Below are positions 35,330 through 44,208 of a DNA stretch of 64,000 nucleotides, piece by piece. Both the position numbers and the translations under genes were made by a program. Within the stretch, counting starts at the first letter, position 1. The number at the start of each line of letters is the position of its first letter. Under the pieces are notes generated by a model. It worked only from the letters and a program-made list of their open reading frames with translations, was not told the DNA's origin and made no database searches. Source of the stretch: Proteobacteria bacterium UBA5122 (GTDB lineage Bacteria; Pseudomonadota; Gammaproteobacteria; Tenderiales; Tenderiaceae); assembly GCA_002415485.1 (NCBI GenBank), contig DHYU01000080.1, positions 57,467-121,466 on the forward strand. The letters run 5' to 3'.

Positions 35330-35891
35330 AGGTGATATCTCCTTGCGTAAGCCTTTGAATGCACTGACGCAGTTTTTCTTTGGCGTGGAAGATTCGTGAC
35401 TTTATTGTGCCGACGGGTAGCGCAATAATCTCAGCGATCTCGGGATAGCCAAGGTCTTCGAAAAACACCAGATGGACGATCTCTTTATGGCTAGATGAAA
35501 GCTTTTGCATGCAGTTATCAAGAAAGGCGGAATGTTGTTCAGCGTTGATCTCGCATGCGATGCTTGGTGTTTCATCTTCAAGAGAGTCATTCAGTTCTTC
35601 TCCGCTATGTCGTTTGTTGCGACGATAGTGGTCCAATAGTTTGTGGCGGGCAATGCCGATCAGCCAGGTGCTGATTTTAGACTTGCCTTGAAAGCTTTGT
35701 GGTTTGCGCCAGACGTCGAGCATGACCTCGTTCAGTATTTCTGATGCGATGCTTTCTTCATTGCAATGGCTGAAGATATAACGATAGACAGTGTTGGCAT
35801 TGTCATCAAAAAATATCTTCATTGCCTTCTCACTGCCATTGGCGATATGGGCTAGAAGGTCTGTAGGTGCCGAGGTTTGGGGGGGGGTCAT
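35316..35891 (-). CDS. ECF (sigma-70 family group 4) RNA polymerase sigma factor
   Basis: Region 2 (STWLIGIARHKLLDHYRR) and region 4 HTH (LGYPEIAEIIALPVGTIKSRIFHAKEKL). ATGA overlap with the upstream gene. Confidence 0.88.
   Translation of the reverse strand: MTPPQTSAPTDLLAHIANGSEKAMKIFFDDNANTVYRYIFSHCNEESIASEILNEVMLDVWRKPQSFQGKSKISTWLIGIARHKLLDHYRRNKRHSGEELNDSLEDETPSIACEINAEQHSAFLDNCMQKLSSSHKEIVHLVFFEDLGYPEIAEIIALPVGTIKSRIFHAKEKLRQCIQRLTQGDITYDYS
35879..35887 (-). repeat. C9 homopolymer (coding strand) in codons 2-5 of the ECF sigma gene
   Basis: The minus strand reads ATG ACC CCC CCC CAA; the plus strand shows nine consecutive G at 35879-35887. Confidence 0.9.
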
Positions 35892-37132
35892 GGCGTTTGA
35901 ATCTCGAACAATTTGCTTTGACCAACGATTCGTCCATCATCTGAAAGTGCGATTACGCGCCAATAATAGGACTGGCCAATCTTCAGGTGTGCCCATGATG
36001 CGTTGCCTAGGATAACAGTTGTTTTGTTGGCTGGAATGATGACGCCGGTGACCGGGCGAGGATAAAGGTTGCTGACCAGATAATTGCTGATCTGCGGAGA
36101 GTCATAAATTTCTAACTGATAGGCGGTAGCGCCAGGGATCGGCAGCCAGCGGAATTCGGTTTGAGGGGAAATCAGCGCGTTCAGCGGCGGGTGCTGGACA
36201 TTCATTAAATCTGGCTCGGTTGTCATCACATTCTGGGTGTTGGATTTGACTGAGTAGCGTAGTTCATCCGATGTGATGCCAGGGCTGGGCTGGGTGATTT
36301 TCAGGCGCAGTAAATATTCACCTGTTTGACGGCTTGGTAAGGAGGGGCTGCTAATGGTGATCTTGCCGCCAGCAAGTAAATGTTGAAGGTGGGTTTCGAT
36401 CGGACGGAAATTGGGCTGACCCATCGTGCTCGGTGGAGTTGCCACTTCCCAGGTGTAGCTGATTACACCACTGCCAGTGTAATTGATGACCGCATAGGCA
36501 CCGAACTCAGTTTCAGTATCAACGATGACGCTGCGGCGCTCGTTATCAAAGCGTAATTGTGTTCGATTGATACGCAAATGTGAGGTGTTGCTCAGCGGTG
36601 ATGTATTTTGATTGGCGTTAGTGTTATTGGAAACGCTGCCGCTGGCATTGGTTGCTGGCGCACTAGATGCGCTATCAGTGCTCTGAATGCTGAATCTGAC
36701 GACGGCAGTTTTTTGAGAGCCATCTTCTGAATTGGAGAAGGTGCGTTCATAGAAAAAAACATTTTCACCCTGATTCTGTAATTCACGAATGATTGCCAGA
36801 GGAATCTGCAATGATTCACGCATGCTAAAGGTGTAATCGCCACCAGCAGGGATGGTTAAAGTGTTGACGATTTCTGCGGAGACCCGCTGCAGAACTTGCC
36901 CGCTCGGGGTTTTAAATATGCCCAGGCTAGAAAATACTTTCACAGTATTGGCCCTTGGGACGGTTTTAATTACCTGCCAGTTGATAGTGCTGCTGCCTGG
37001 TGTGTTTACCTGCACGCTGGCGGGAATATTGTTGCCTGTGGCCGAAGTGATGGTGGCATGGCTGGTGGTGCTAAATAGCACCAGGGCTAGGCTAATAAAT
37101 GTGAAGTAGGCTTTCATCATTTTGATTCTCAA
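35888..37132 (-). CDS. hypothetical secreted protein with Ig/FN3-like C-terminal domain
   Basis: Signal peptide MKAYFTFISLALVLFSTTSHA, a Ser/Asn/Thr-rich linker, and C-terminal ..FRWLPIPGATAYQLEIYD...GQSYYWRVIALSDDG.. (FN3-like pattern). Confidence 0.6.
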   Translation of the reverse strand: MRIKMMKAYFTFISLALVLFSTTSHATITSATGNNIPASVQVNTPGSSTINWQVIKTVPRANTVKVFSSLGIFKTPSGQVLQRVSAEIVNTLTIPAGGDYTFSMRESLQIPLAIIRELQNQGENVFFYERTFSNSEDGSQKTAVVRFSIQSTDSASSAPATNASGSVSNNTNANQNTSPLSNTSHLRINRTQLRFDNERRSVIVDTETEFGAYAVINYTGSGVISYTWEVATPPSTMGQPNFRPIETHLQHLLAGGKITISSPSLPSRQTGEYLLRLKITQPSPGITSDELRYSVKSNTQNVMTTEPDLMNVQHPPLNALISPQTEFRWLPIPGATAYQLEIYDSPQISNYLVSNLYPRPVTGVIIPANKTTVILGNASWAHLKIGQSYYWRVIALSDDGRIVGQSKLFEIQTP

Positions 37133-39177
37133 TTCTGACGTTTTGTTGATAACGATGCAGTCAAACTAATGAATATTTGATAATCATCGTTGTCCATGCT
37201 GCGATCTAGACGGTTTTCAAAGTCGTTGGCTTGTGCGCTTAGACCAAGATCAAAACCGAAGTCATTGTGATCGGCTTGTTTTAGCATCCAGTTGATCGAT
37301 ATCACGGTAGATTCTGTCTGCTCATCCTGTAGGTCGTTACTGATTTCGTATTGGTTCAAACGATATTCCAGTGATGTGGTCAGGCGGCGATTAAAGGCAT
37401 AATGGCTGGCGATGACCTGCCATTCGCTATTGAGCGCCGCTTGATGCACGCCAAGATAATCGGTTTCCTGCCATTTGTAGCGAGGATTGAGAGACCATTG
37501 GTCAGTACTGTATGAGAGTACGGTTTCGATGCTGTCGGACTCACTATCATTGTTGTTATAACTATGGTCTTGATAGTTCGACTGGCCAAGGACCACTCCC
37601 CAATAACCCCACAGGTAGTTCAGATTGAGGTTGCTGTTCCAGTAGTCGGTTTGATTGTCGACGGGGGGGGAGATGGATACCTCAGGGCTTTTGATCTGCG
37701 CTTGAGTTTGTTCGCCCAGCGTCAGGCTTAGGTAGGGGGTGCCCCAAAAGCCAGGGTCTCTGATTATCGGGGACCAGCTGGTGGTGATGTTGTTTTGTTC
37801 GGTTTTAATGGTTGGTAAAATCGACAGATCTTCTACGTTGTCATGTTGTTGAATCAGATTGATCTGAAGACCTAGACTTTTCCATTGAGTCGCGGCAAAC
37901 AGTCGCTGTTGATCTTTGTCATTGACTAGGCTGTCGTTGGCGAGGCTCTTAAAAAAAGTGCCGATGGTCTGTGTTTCAATGCCAGTGTTCCAATAGAGGC
38001 CGTTTGCCAAGGTGTCTTGCACGCTGGCCGACAGTACGTGGGCGTAATCCTTTTCTGCATCCAGTTGATCCAGGTTGCTGTAGTCAAATTCTGTTTCAGC
38101 ATACTCTCCGTACAGCGTCAAATGTTGGTCGAAGAGTTTTGATGTAATACCGATAGAATGACTGTTGCCCTGTTCAACATTATTAATTTGTGGTTCCCAA
38201 AAATCGGGCGTGCTGCGTTTTCCGCTGAGACTAATGATGCCAACGTGGAACTGGTCGGCTTTGCCTGGGATAGGGTTGCTTTCCAGTAATGCGCCGCTGA
38301 CACGATTTTTATTGTCACTGATGCCTAGCCCTTCGCCAAAGCCATCTAGATCGTCACTGGCAAAACTGAAAACAGTTGCCTGGCTTTGTAGTTCAGGCGC
38401 CTTACCTTGTATCGATAGGCCGCGGCGATGAAAGTTTTCCAAAACTAGGCTGTGTTGGCGTAGGTCGTGATGACCAATCTTGGCGCCGATGTATTGACTC
38501 TCCGTGGCGACGACAAAATCACCAACGTCAAGTGTGCGTGCATCATCGTACTCGCTGTTGCGACTGTTATAGAAGAAGTCAAACTGACCATCGGTTTGCC
38601 AATTCTCAGTGCTGGTGCTAAAGCCGACGATACTGCTGCCTTGTCCTTGCATGCGGTCCGGCATGGGGGGCGCGATATTGTCTTCAGCAGCCCGATAGAT
38701 AGCGCTGAGTTGTGAGTTAGTACTGAAATTGTAACTGTGTAATAGATCGCTGGAACGCACATCAATATTCCATGCCGCCATTTCTTCCACTTCACCGTCA
38801 GCACTAAAATGGACCAAACGTAACAAGTGACTGCCGGGCTCCAGTTTTTGGATTGGCCTGAAGGCGATTTGCTTCCCCTCCTGGCTTAGCATTTCGGTGA
38901 TGTTGATGGCGTTAAGCTCGACAATCATCTCTTCAGCGGCAATTAGGCGCAGGACATCATCTGTTAGCTCAATTTTGATAGCTTCGTTATCTAGCCAGTA
39001 TTGGGTGTTCTTCGCTGGCACTAAGGTGGCTGCAGCATGAGCTGTGAGCGGTAGTGCACAACTGGCTAGGAGTGTCAGCATAAATGTGCTGAGTTGTTTG
39101 ATGGTAGTGGGGCCGAATGTCGGCCCCTGTGTTGTTGAAGAATGATGAGTCACAGGCGGTTCCTTGTTTTCCGTCAT
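37129..39177 (-). CDS. hypothetical outer-membrane beta-barrel-like protein (682 aa)
   Basis: Signal peptide ...LLASCALPLTAHA, a roughly 110-aa N-terminal soluble domain, then a long region of alternating aromatic/polar strand-like segments rich in Y/W/N/D/S/Q. No family recognised. Confidence 0.6.
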   Translation of the reverse strand: MTENKEPPVTHHSSTTQGPTFGPTTIKQLSTFMLTLLASCALPLTAHAAATLVPAKNTQYWLDNEAIKIELTDDVLRLIAAEEMIVELNAINITEMLSQEGKQIAFRPIQKLEPGSHLLRLVHFSADGEVEEMAAWNIDVRSSDLLHSYNFSTNSQLSAIYRAAEDNIAPPMPDRMQGQGSSIVGFSTSTENWQTDGQFDFFYNSRNSEYDDARTLDVGDFVVATESQYIGAKIGHHDLRQHSLVLENFHRRGLSIQGKAPELQSQATVFSFASDDLDGFGEGLGISDNKNRVSGALLESNPIPGKADQFHVGIISLSGKRSTPDFWEPQINNVEQGNSHSIGITSKLFDQHLTLYGEYAETEFDYSNLDQLDAEKDYAHVLSASVQDTLANGLYWNTGIETQTIGTFFKSLANDSLVNDKDQQRLFAATQWKSLGLQINLIQQHDNVEDLSILPTIKTEQNNITTSWSPIIRDPGFWGTPYLSLTLGEQTQAQIKSPEVSISPPVDNQTDYWNSNLNLNYLWGYWGVVLGQSNYQDHSYNNNDSESDSIETVLSYSTDQWSLNPRYKWQETDYLGVHQAALNSEWQVIASHYAFNRRLTTSLEYRLNQYEISNDLQDEQTESTVISINWMLKQADHNDFGFDLGLSAQANDFENRLDRSMDNDDYQIFISLTASLSTKRQN
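37663..37670 (-). repeat. C8 homopolymer (coding strand) inside the 682-aa OMP-like gene
   Basis: The plus strand shows eight consecutive G at 37663-37670, encoding ..ISPPVD... Confidence 0.9.
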
Positions 39178-39189
39178 GGTTCTCGAAAA

Positions 39190-40572
39190 TTAGCGACCGC
39201 TGGGGTCTAGTGTCGGGACCTCGTCAGTGCTTCTGCTTGGGAGGGTACGGGCAGGTGTGCTGTTATCACTGCTTGCACGTTCTGGTTTTGTTTCTGTCGT
39301 CGCGCGTTCGGGTTTGTTATCACGCGTAGGTTCAGCTCGCTCTGGCTGGTGTTCGCGATTCGGCTCGGCATGTTGTGCCCGTGAGCTTTCCTCGCGAGAG
39401 GGTTGTTCAGCGCGTGGAGGTGTGGTTTGTTGTTGTATTCTTGGATCAGCCTGTTGATTGCCTTGGTGTTGTGTTGGGGCTTGAATCTGCATGGGTTTGG
39501 GCAGGGATTGCGGTGACAAGATGTTTTGCCCGCTTGTGTGTGGTGTAGATTTGCATTGCACAACGAAATTGGCCTGGGCGGAGCTGACTGTGTTTGGCTC
39601 TAGCACTTCTAACTGTGCCCAGCCCTGAAAGCTGAAATTCATGTTGTAGTTAAAAATCTGTTGTACCGGCTTGGTGCCAGCGCTATCGAAACTTAGGGTT
39701 TGGGTGTTGGTGGTGGTGCCTTTGAAGTCTTTGAAGCGGTATTTCACACTTGTCGCACCTGTGGTGGTGATCGCTCCTGCAAATACCACTGATGCTGGGC
39801 AGTTTTGATACGTTTGTCCCTGAACGGTTTCCAGTTTTGCTTGGCTAACGTGAGTCGGTGTTTGGACGTTATTGGCATTGGCGATAGGGCCCTTCGGTTG
39901 GGCCTGAATGTTCATGCCGCCCCCCCAGCCACCACCTTCGGCTTTTTTACAGATGATGATTAGTTCTTTATTGAGACTATCAAGACCGTAAGAATGTATG
40001 TCGTTTTTGCCACAAGCCGCATAGCTCTGCAGGGTGAGTGGTACTTTTATCGTGTGCTGGCTGTTGAAGAATTGTTGTTTAGAGACGCCTTGTCCAAGTT
40101 TTTCTTGTAACAGTGCGTTACAGGCCTGAACGGGGTCTGGGATGGAGTTGTTGTTGGCAAATACGTTTAAAGGAATATCTAATTTAACATCCGTATAAGG
40201 GATTTGTTTTTTAAGCAGGTAATAGAACGGAAGAGGGCTTGTAGATATTCCACCAGCTTCTCCTAGTAGTTCGTTGCCAACTGCTTTATTTATTATGCTC
40301 CAGTTTTGATTAAAGGTAACTGCAAGTTCTTTTAAGGCGTAATCGTTGCCTTTGCACCCAGCCTTAACTTCAGTATAAAAAGGGACGCTGTTTTGAGTCG
40401 TGGCGGTGAATTGATTGCCGTTATTGTTGACGTGAATCTTGCCTTCATCTATATGGATGCCGCCAGATTGCAGGTTGATAAAGTCGACCTTTGAACCCGC
40501 GTTGGCCGGCAATGGCAGAGCCAGTCCCAGGCTGATGGCGGCGATAATGGCGTGTTGTCGAGTGTTGTTCAT
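39190..40572 (-). CDS. hypothetical secreted Cys-containing protein with Pro/Glu/Arg/Gln-rich repetitive tail
   Basis: Signal peptide MNNTRQHAIIAAISLGLALPLPANA, from the internal ATG 40572. Central GGGWGGG linker. The C-terminal tail has KPERA-like repeats. Confidence 0.6.
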   Translation of the reverse strand: MNNTRQHAIIAAISLGLALPLPANAGSKVDFINLQSGGIHIDEGKIHVNNNGNQFTATTQNSVPFYTEVKAGCKGNDYALKELAVTFNQNWSIINKAVGNELLGEAGGISTSPLPFYYLLKKQIPYTDVKLDIPLNVFANNNSIPDPVQACNALLQEKLGQGVSKQQFFNSQHTIKVPLTLQSYAACGKNDIHSYGLDSLNKELIIICKKAEGGGWGGGMNIQAQPKGPIANANNVQTPTHVSQAKLETVQGQTYQNCPASVVFAGAITTTGATSVKYRFKDFKGTTTNTQTLSFDSAGTKPVQQIFNYNMNFSFQGWAQLEVLEPNTVSSAQANFVVQCKSTPHTSGQNILSPQSLPKPMQIQAPTQHQGNQQADPRIQQQTTPPRAEQPSREESSRAQHAEPNREHQPERAEPTRDNKPERATTETKPERASSDNSTPARTLPSRSTDEVPTLDPSGR

Positions 40573-40611
40573 GGCGTGCTCCCGGGTGTTGTTTGTCCGA
40601 CTTGTCTGTCT

Positions 40612-40636
40612 GTCGTTGCAAATGGGAAGGCGGTTC
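40612..40636 (-). promoter_or_regulatory. candidate ECF-type promoter (TGAAC-N17-CGAC) upstream of the six-gene operon
   Basis: The minus strand reads tttGAACcgccttcccatttgcaaCGACaga, about 40 nt upstream of ATG 40572. It resembles the generic ECF GAAC / CGT(C) architecture. Confidence 0.3.
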
Positions 40637-40820
40637 AAAGTTTTTTTCGATCTTTTACTGGTCGTAATCCTTGTTGGCTAGTATGGCACTCGCTTGCGCG
40701 GAGTGTCCATGCTGCCAAAGTGGTAATTGTGGAGACTGGTGTTGCCTGGTCGGGTGGCCTTCGATTTGTGCCTGGATATAGTAAAATCGCAAGATCTTAA
40801 GGTCAGTGGTAGGAGTTTTT

Positions 40821-41021
40821 ATGGAGATTCTGGTCAACGGTGACGCTCGCGAAGTGGCAGCACCGTATACGGTGGCGGACCTGGTGGCGGAGCTGGGTTT
40901 GCAGGGCCGTCGCTTGGCGGTGGAGGTGAATCTGGATATCGTGCCGCGCAGCCGGCATGAGGCGCACCAGTTGCGGGCGGGCGATCGGGTTGAGATTGTG
41001 CATGCGATTGGTGGCGGCTAG
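40821..41021 (+). CDS. thiS: sulfur-carrier protein ThiS
   Basis: 66 aa, MEILVNG....VEIVHAIGGG with C-terminal GG. AGGAG RBS. Upstream of thiG. Confidence 0.88.
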   Translation: MEILVNGDAREVAAPYTVADLVAELGLQGRRLAVEVNLDIVPRSRHEAHQLRAGDRVEIVHAIGGG

Positions 41022-41100
41022 CGGTCGCACTGGGGCCGCCCGGCCGCGTCTTGCTGGGGTATAATCCCCGCTTCGTTTTTCCCGTAACACAGGATTTTTT

Positions 41101-41904
41101 ATGTCGGATACTGCGCAAACTGCTGGTCGTGACCCTTTGGTCATCGCTGGTGTTGAATATTCATCCCGTCTGTTGGTTGGTTCAGGTAAGTACAAGGATT
41201 TGGAAGAAACGCGTCTGGCGACTGAAGCCGCGGGGGCTGAGATCATTACGGTAGCGATTCGTCGCACCAATATTGGCCAGAATCCGGATGAGCCCAATTT
41301 ATTGGACGTAGTACCGCCGAGCAAATACACCATCCTGCCGAACACCGCCGGCTGTTATAACGCCGAGGATGCGGTGCGTACCTGTCGTCTTGCGCGTGAG
41401 CTGCTGGATGGCCATGACCTGGTCAAGCTGGAAGTGCTGGCCGATCAGAAGACGCTGTTTCCGAATGTGATCGAAACGCTGAAGGCCGCGCGCACACTGA
41501 TCGACGATGGTTTTAAGGTCATGGTCTACACCACCGATGACCTGACCATCGCCAAGGAGCTGGAGTCGATGGGCTGTGTGGCGGTGATGCCGCTGGGTGC
41601 GCCGATCGGTTCTGGCCTGGGGATTCAAAATCCGTACAACATCCGTTTCATCGTGGAAGAGCTGAAGGTGCCGGTGCTGGTTGATGCCGGAGTCGGCACT
41701 GCATCCGACGCAGCGGTGGCGATGGAGCTGGGCTGCGATGGTGTGTTGATGAACACGGCGATCGCTGCAGCGAAAAATCCGGTGCTGATGGCCTCGGCGA
41801 TGAAGAAGGCGGTGGAGGCCGGACGTGAGGCCTATCTCGCCGGTCGTATGCCGCGCAAACGCTTTGCCAGTGCCTCGTCGCCGATCGACGGTACCTTCTT
41901 TTAA
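41101..41904 (+). CDS. thiG: thiazole synthase
   Basis: [20 protein letters not shown]...ILPNTAGC...[14 protein letters not shown]: canonical ThiG. Confidence 0.95.
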   Translation: MSDTAQTAGRDPLVIAGVEYSSRLLVGSGKYKDLEETRLATEAAGAEIITVAIRRTNIGQNPDEPNLLDVVPPSKYTILPNTAGCYNAEDAVRTCRLARELLDGHDLVKLEVLADQKTLFPNVIETLKAARTLIDDGFKVMVYTTDDLTIAKELESMGCVAVMPLGAPIGSGLGIQNPYNIRFIVEELKVPVLVDAGVGTASDAAVAMELGCDGVLMNTAIAAAKNPVLMASAMKKAVEAGREAYLAGRMPRKRFASASSPIDGTFF

Positions 41905-41947
41905 TCCTGATCACAGTGCCCGCCCGTGACCGCGGGCGGGAGTTGTC

Positions 41948-42652
41948 ATGTCCGAGTTCGAACAACCCGAAAAACCGATGCGCAAGGTGCGCAGTTTTGT
42001 CCGTCGTGAAGGGCGCCTGACCGTTGGTCAGCAGCGGGCCCTGGATGTGCTGTGGCCGCAGTGGGGCATTGAGGCGAGCGGTGGGCTGCTTGATTTCAAA
42101 CAGGTGTTTGGCCGCGAGGCGGCGGTGACCTTGGAGATCGGCTTCGGCATGGGCGACTCGTTGGCCGAGATGGCGCTGAAGGCGCCTGAGCAGGACTTCA
42201 TTGGCATCGAGGTGCATCGACCAGGTGTAGGGCGCCTGCTGGCGCAGATCGAAGAACAGGGCAGCGATAACCTGCGAGTCTTTTGTCATGACGCCGTAGA
42301 GATCCTCGCGCAGCGTATTCCCGATGCATCGTTGGATCGCGTGCTGCTGTTTTTCCCCGATCCGTGGCATAAAAAACGCCACAACAAACGCCGCATCGTG
42401 CAGCAGCCGTTTTTGGATCTGCTGCGCCTGAAGTTAAAGCCGGGCGGTATCTTTCATATGGCTACCGATTGGCAGGACTATGCCGAGTGGATGATGGTGG
42501 AGATGAACGAGGCCGAGGGTTTTGAGAATGTCTGCGGTGCGAATCAATATTCACCACGCCCGGATTATCGGCCGATCACCAAGTTTGAGCGCCGTGGTCA
42601 GCGTTTGGGGCATGGCGTGTGGGATTTGGTGTTTCGAAAAGGCGCGTCGTGA
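41948..42652 (+). CDS. trmB: tRNA (guanine-N7)-methyltransferase
   Basis: [33 protein letters not shown]: TrmB signature. Confidence 0.93.
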   Translation: MSEFEQPEKPMRKVRSFVRREGRLTVGQQRALDVLWPQWGIEASGGLLDFKQVFGREAAVTLEIGFGMGDSLAEMALKAPEQDFIGIEVHRPGVGRLLAQIEEQGSDNLRVFCHDAVEILAQRIPDASLDRVLLFFPDPWHKKRHNKRRIVQQPFLDLLRLKLKPGGIFHMATDWQDYAEWMMVEMNEAEGFENVCGANQYSPRPDYRPITKFERRGQRLGHGVWDLVFRKGAS

Positions 42653-42698
42653 GCCGGGGCTGATGAACAGGTCTTTAGCCGGTAAGTGATAGTAAATG

Positions 42699-42735
42699 AA
42701 AAGGCCCCGACTGATTCAGTCGGGGCCTTTTGTTT
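42699..42735. terminator. bidirectional rho-independent terminator
   Basis: aaaaGGCCCCGACTgattcAGTCGGGGCCtttt: a 10-bp stem. Confidence 0.75.
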
Positions 42736-42751
42736 TTGCTGTTGCAGGAGA

Positions 42752-43996
42752 TTAATGCACTTTGCGACGGCGCATGATCTGCAGTGCGATCAGGCCGCTG
42801 CCCAGTAGCAGTAATGCATGAGGCTCAGGTACGGTGCCGCCATTGTTTTGATCGTCTATGAACATGGTGACCGGTGTTTGACTCATTTGCACACGACCTG
42901 CGTTAGTGAAGGTCAGGCCTGTGACGAAGGCCTGTGCATCGGAGGGATCCAGCATGGCATCAGTTTCGATGCCCATGATGCGGAAACGGCTGACGGCGGT
43001 GTCGAAGAAGTGTTCAACGCCAGCCAGGATTTGGACGCCGGTGTCGACATATTCGACAAGCAACTCATCCCACAACCACAGCATGAACACGCCATCGCCA
43101 ATGTTTGGTAACAGGACGGAGGCGAATTGGTTGTTGGTGCCTTCTGCGATCTCATAGTCATAACCGATGGCGATGACTGGGTCGATAAAGATGCGTTCGT
43201 TCAGGTCAATATTGAAATCAAATTCAAAGCTGCCCTCAACGATGATAGGCATCAGGGGGTTTTCAGGGGTGTCGCCGGGCAAAGAGCCATTACGGATCGC
43301 GAATTCCCACAGGCCGGGAGTGGCTGCGCTAACATTGCTGGTGTTTTGAAGATTGAGCACGTCAGCGGTACGAGAACCAGGAAGTGAAAAGTAATTTACA
43401 TTATCTCCAGCGTCATACCCTGCTTGAGCAGGAGTGCCGCCCAGGCCATTTACACCGCCGCTGGCATCGCCTGTGGTCCATTCCAGACGGTCATAGCGGA
43501 ATTGGACGTCAAAATCACCTGCGTTGCCAGTGTCGCCAGCTCTGTTTTGCAACACCAACTGAAAGTTATTGGTCTTGTCCGTGCTTCGAGAATAGTAGCC
43601 GACGTCATTCCAGGTGATGATGACGGTATCTGTATTGAGTGTGTCAACAAAAACACTGCCGCATGTTGCGCAGCCAGTGTCAACATCAGCCCAGAACGGC
43701 GCAATCATGGGTTGCGATGAAACTGGGAATTCTCGCGGGGTATAGATACCTACGCCAGAGTTAAAGGTGATGTTGCCGTTGTTATTGATAAAAAACGTAT
43801 TGTATTCGTTACCGAAGAAGTTAATGGTAAACGGAAGGTTGAGTTCGGACGATGAACCGTCATCGTTTGGGTTCATGGCGAGGTCGCCATATGTCCCGTC
43901 TGCATTTGTCAGTAATGGAATTGCATGAGCTGTGCTCGACAGGCCTACGCAGGCCGCCAGGAGTAGGGGGCTGATTGCCCATTTTGTTATAGACAT
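42752..43996 (-). CDS. PEP-CTERM-anchored secreted protein with nidogen-like (NIDO) domain
   Basis: Signal peptide MSITKWAISPLLLAACVGLSSTAHA. FFGNEYNTFFINNNGNITF...IAPFWADVDT...ITWNDVGYY matches the NIDO-domain pattern. C-terminal VPEPHALLLLGSGLIALQIMRRRKVH is a PEP-CTERM sorting signal. Confidence 0.8.
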   Translation of the reverse strand: MSITKWAISPLLLAACVGLSSTAHAIPLLTNADGTYGDLAMNPNDDGSSSELNLPFTINFFGNEYNTFFINNNGNITFNSGVGIYTPREFPVSSQPMIAPFWADVDTGCATCGSVFVDTLNTDTVIITWNDVGYYSRSTDKTNNFQLVLQNRAGDTGNAGDFDVQFRYDRLEWTTGDASGGVNGLGGTPAQAGYDAGDNVNYFSLPGSRTADVLNLQNTSNVSAATPGLWEFAIRNGSLPGDTPENPLMPIIVEGSFEFDFNIDLNERIFIDPVIAIGYDYEIAEGTNNQFASVLLPNIGDGVFMLWLWDELLVEYVDTGVQILAGVEHFFDTAVSRFRIMGIETDAMLDPSDAQAFVTGLTFTNAGRVQMSQTPVTMFIDDQNNGGTVPEPHALLLLGSGLIALQIMRRRKVH

Positions 43997-44208
43997 TGAA
44001 GTTGTTCTCCCTGTAGTGATCAAACTTTTCCTTATTATTCATTAAGCAAAATAGGGGCCAGATTGATATTGTCTTTAAAAATAGATAGTTGTGATTTCAT
44101 GTTTGTTCGATTCTATGTAGAGTGTAAAAAAAACCGACATTGCATAAGGATAATTGTGTGGGGTACTCTTCGTTTGGTGATGGTTGGCAAAAAGTGTAAT
44201 GGTGTTGA

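Noticed and set aside
33012-40800. Classical tRNA-targeted integrative island (tRNA-Gly next to the AT-rich ECF operon).
   Set aside because: There is no integrase, excisionase or transposase gene. The island lies on the 5' side of the tRNA rather than its 3' end. I found no direct repeat of the tRNA 3' end at the far border. The only resemblance, GTGGCCTTCGATTTG at about 40755-40770 versus the T-arm GTGGGTTCGATTC, is short, imperfect and in the opposite orientation.
40639-40820. Expected TPP riboswitch upstream of thiS-thiG.
   Set aside because: The conserved CUGAGA and ACCUGAUCUGGAUAAUGCCAGCG-type elements are not present. CCTGGATATAG at about 40771 is only a superficial resemblance.
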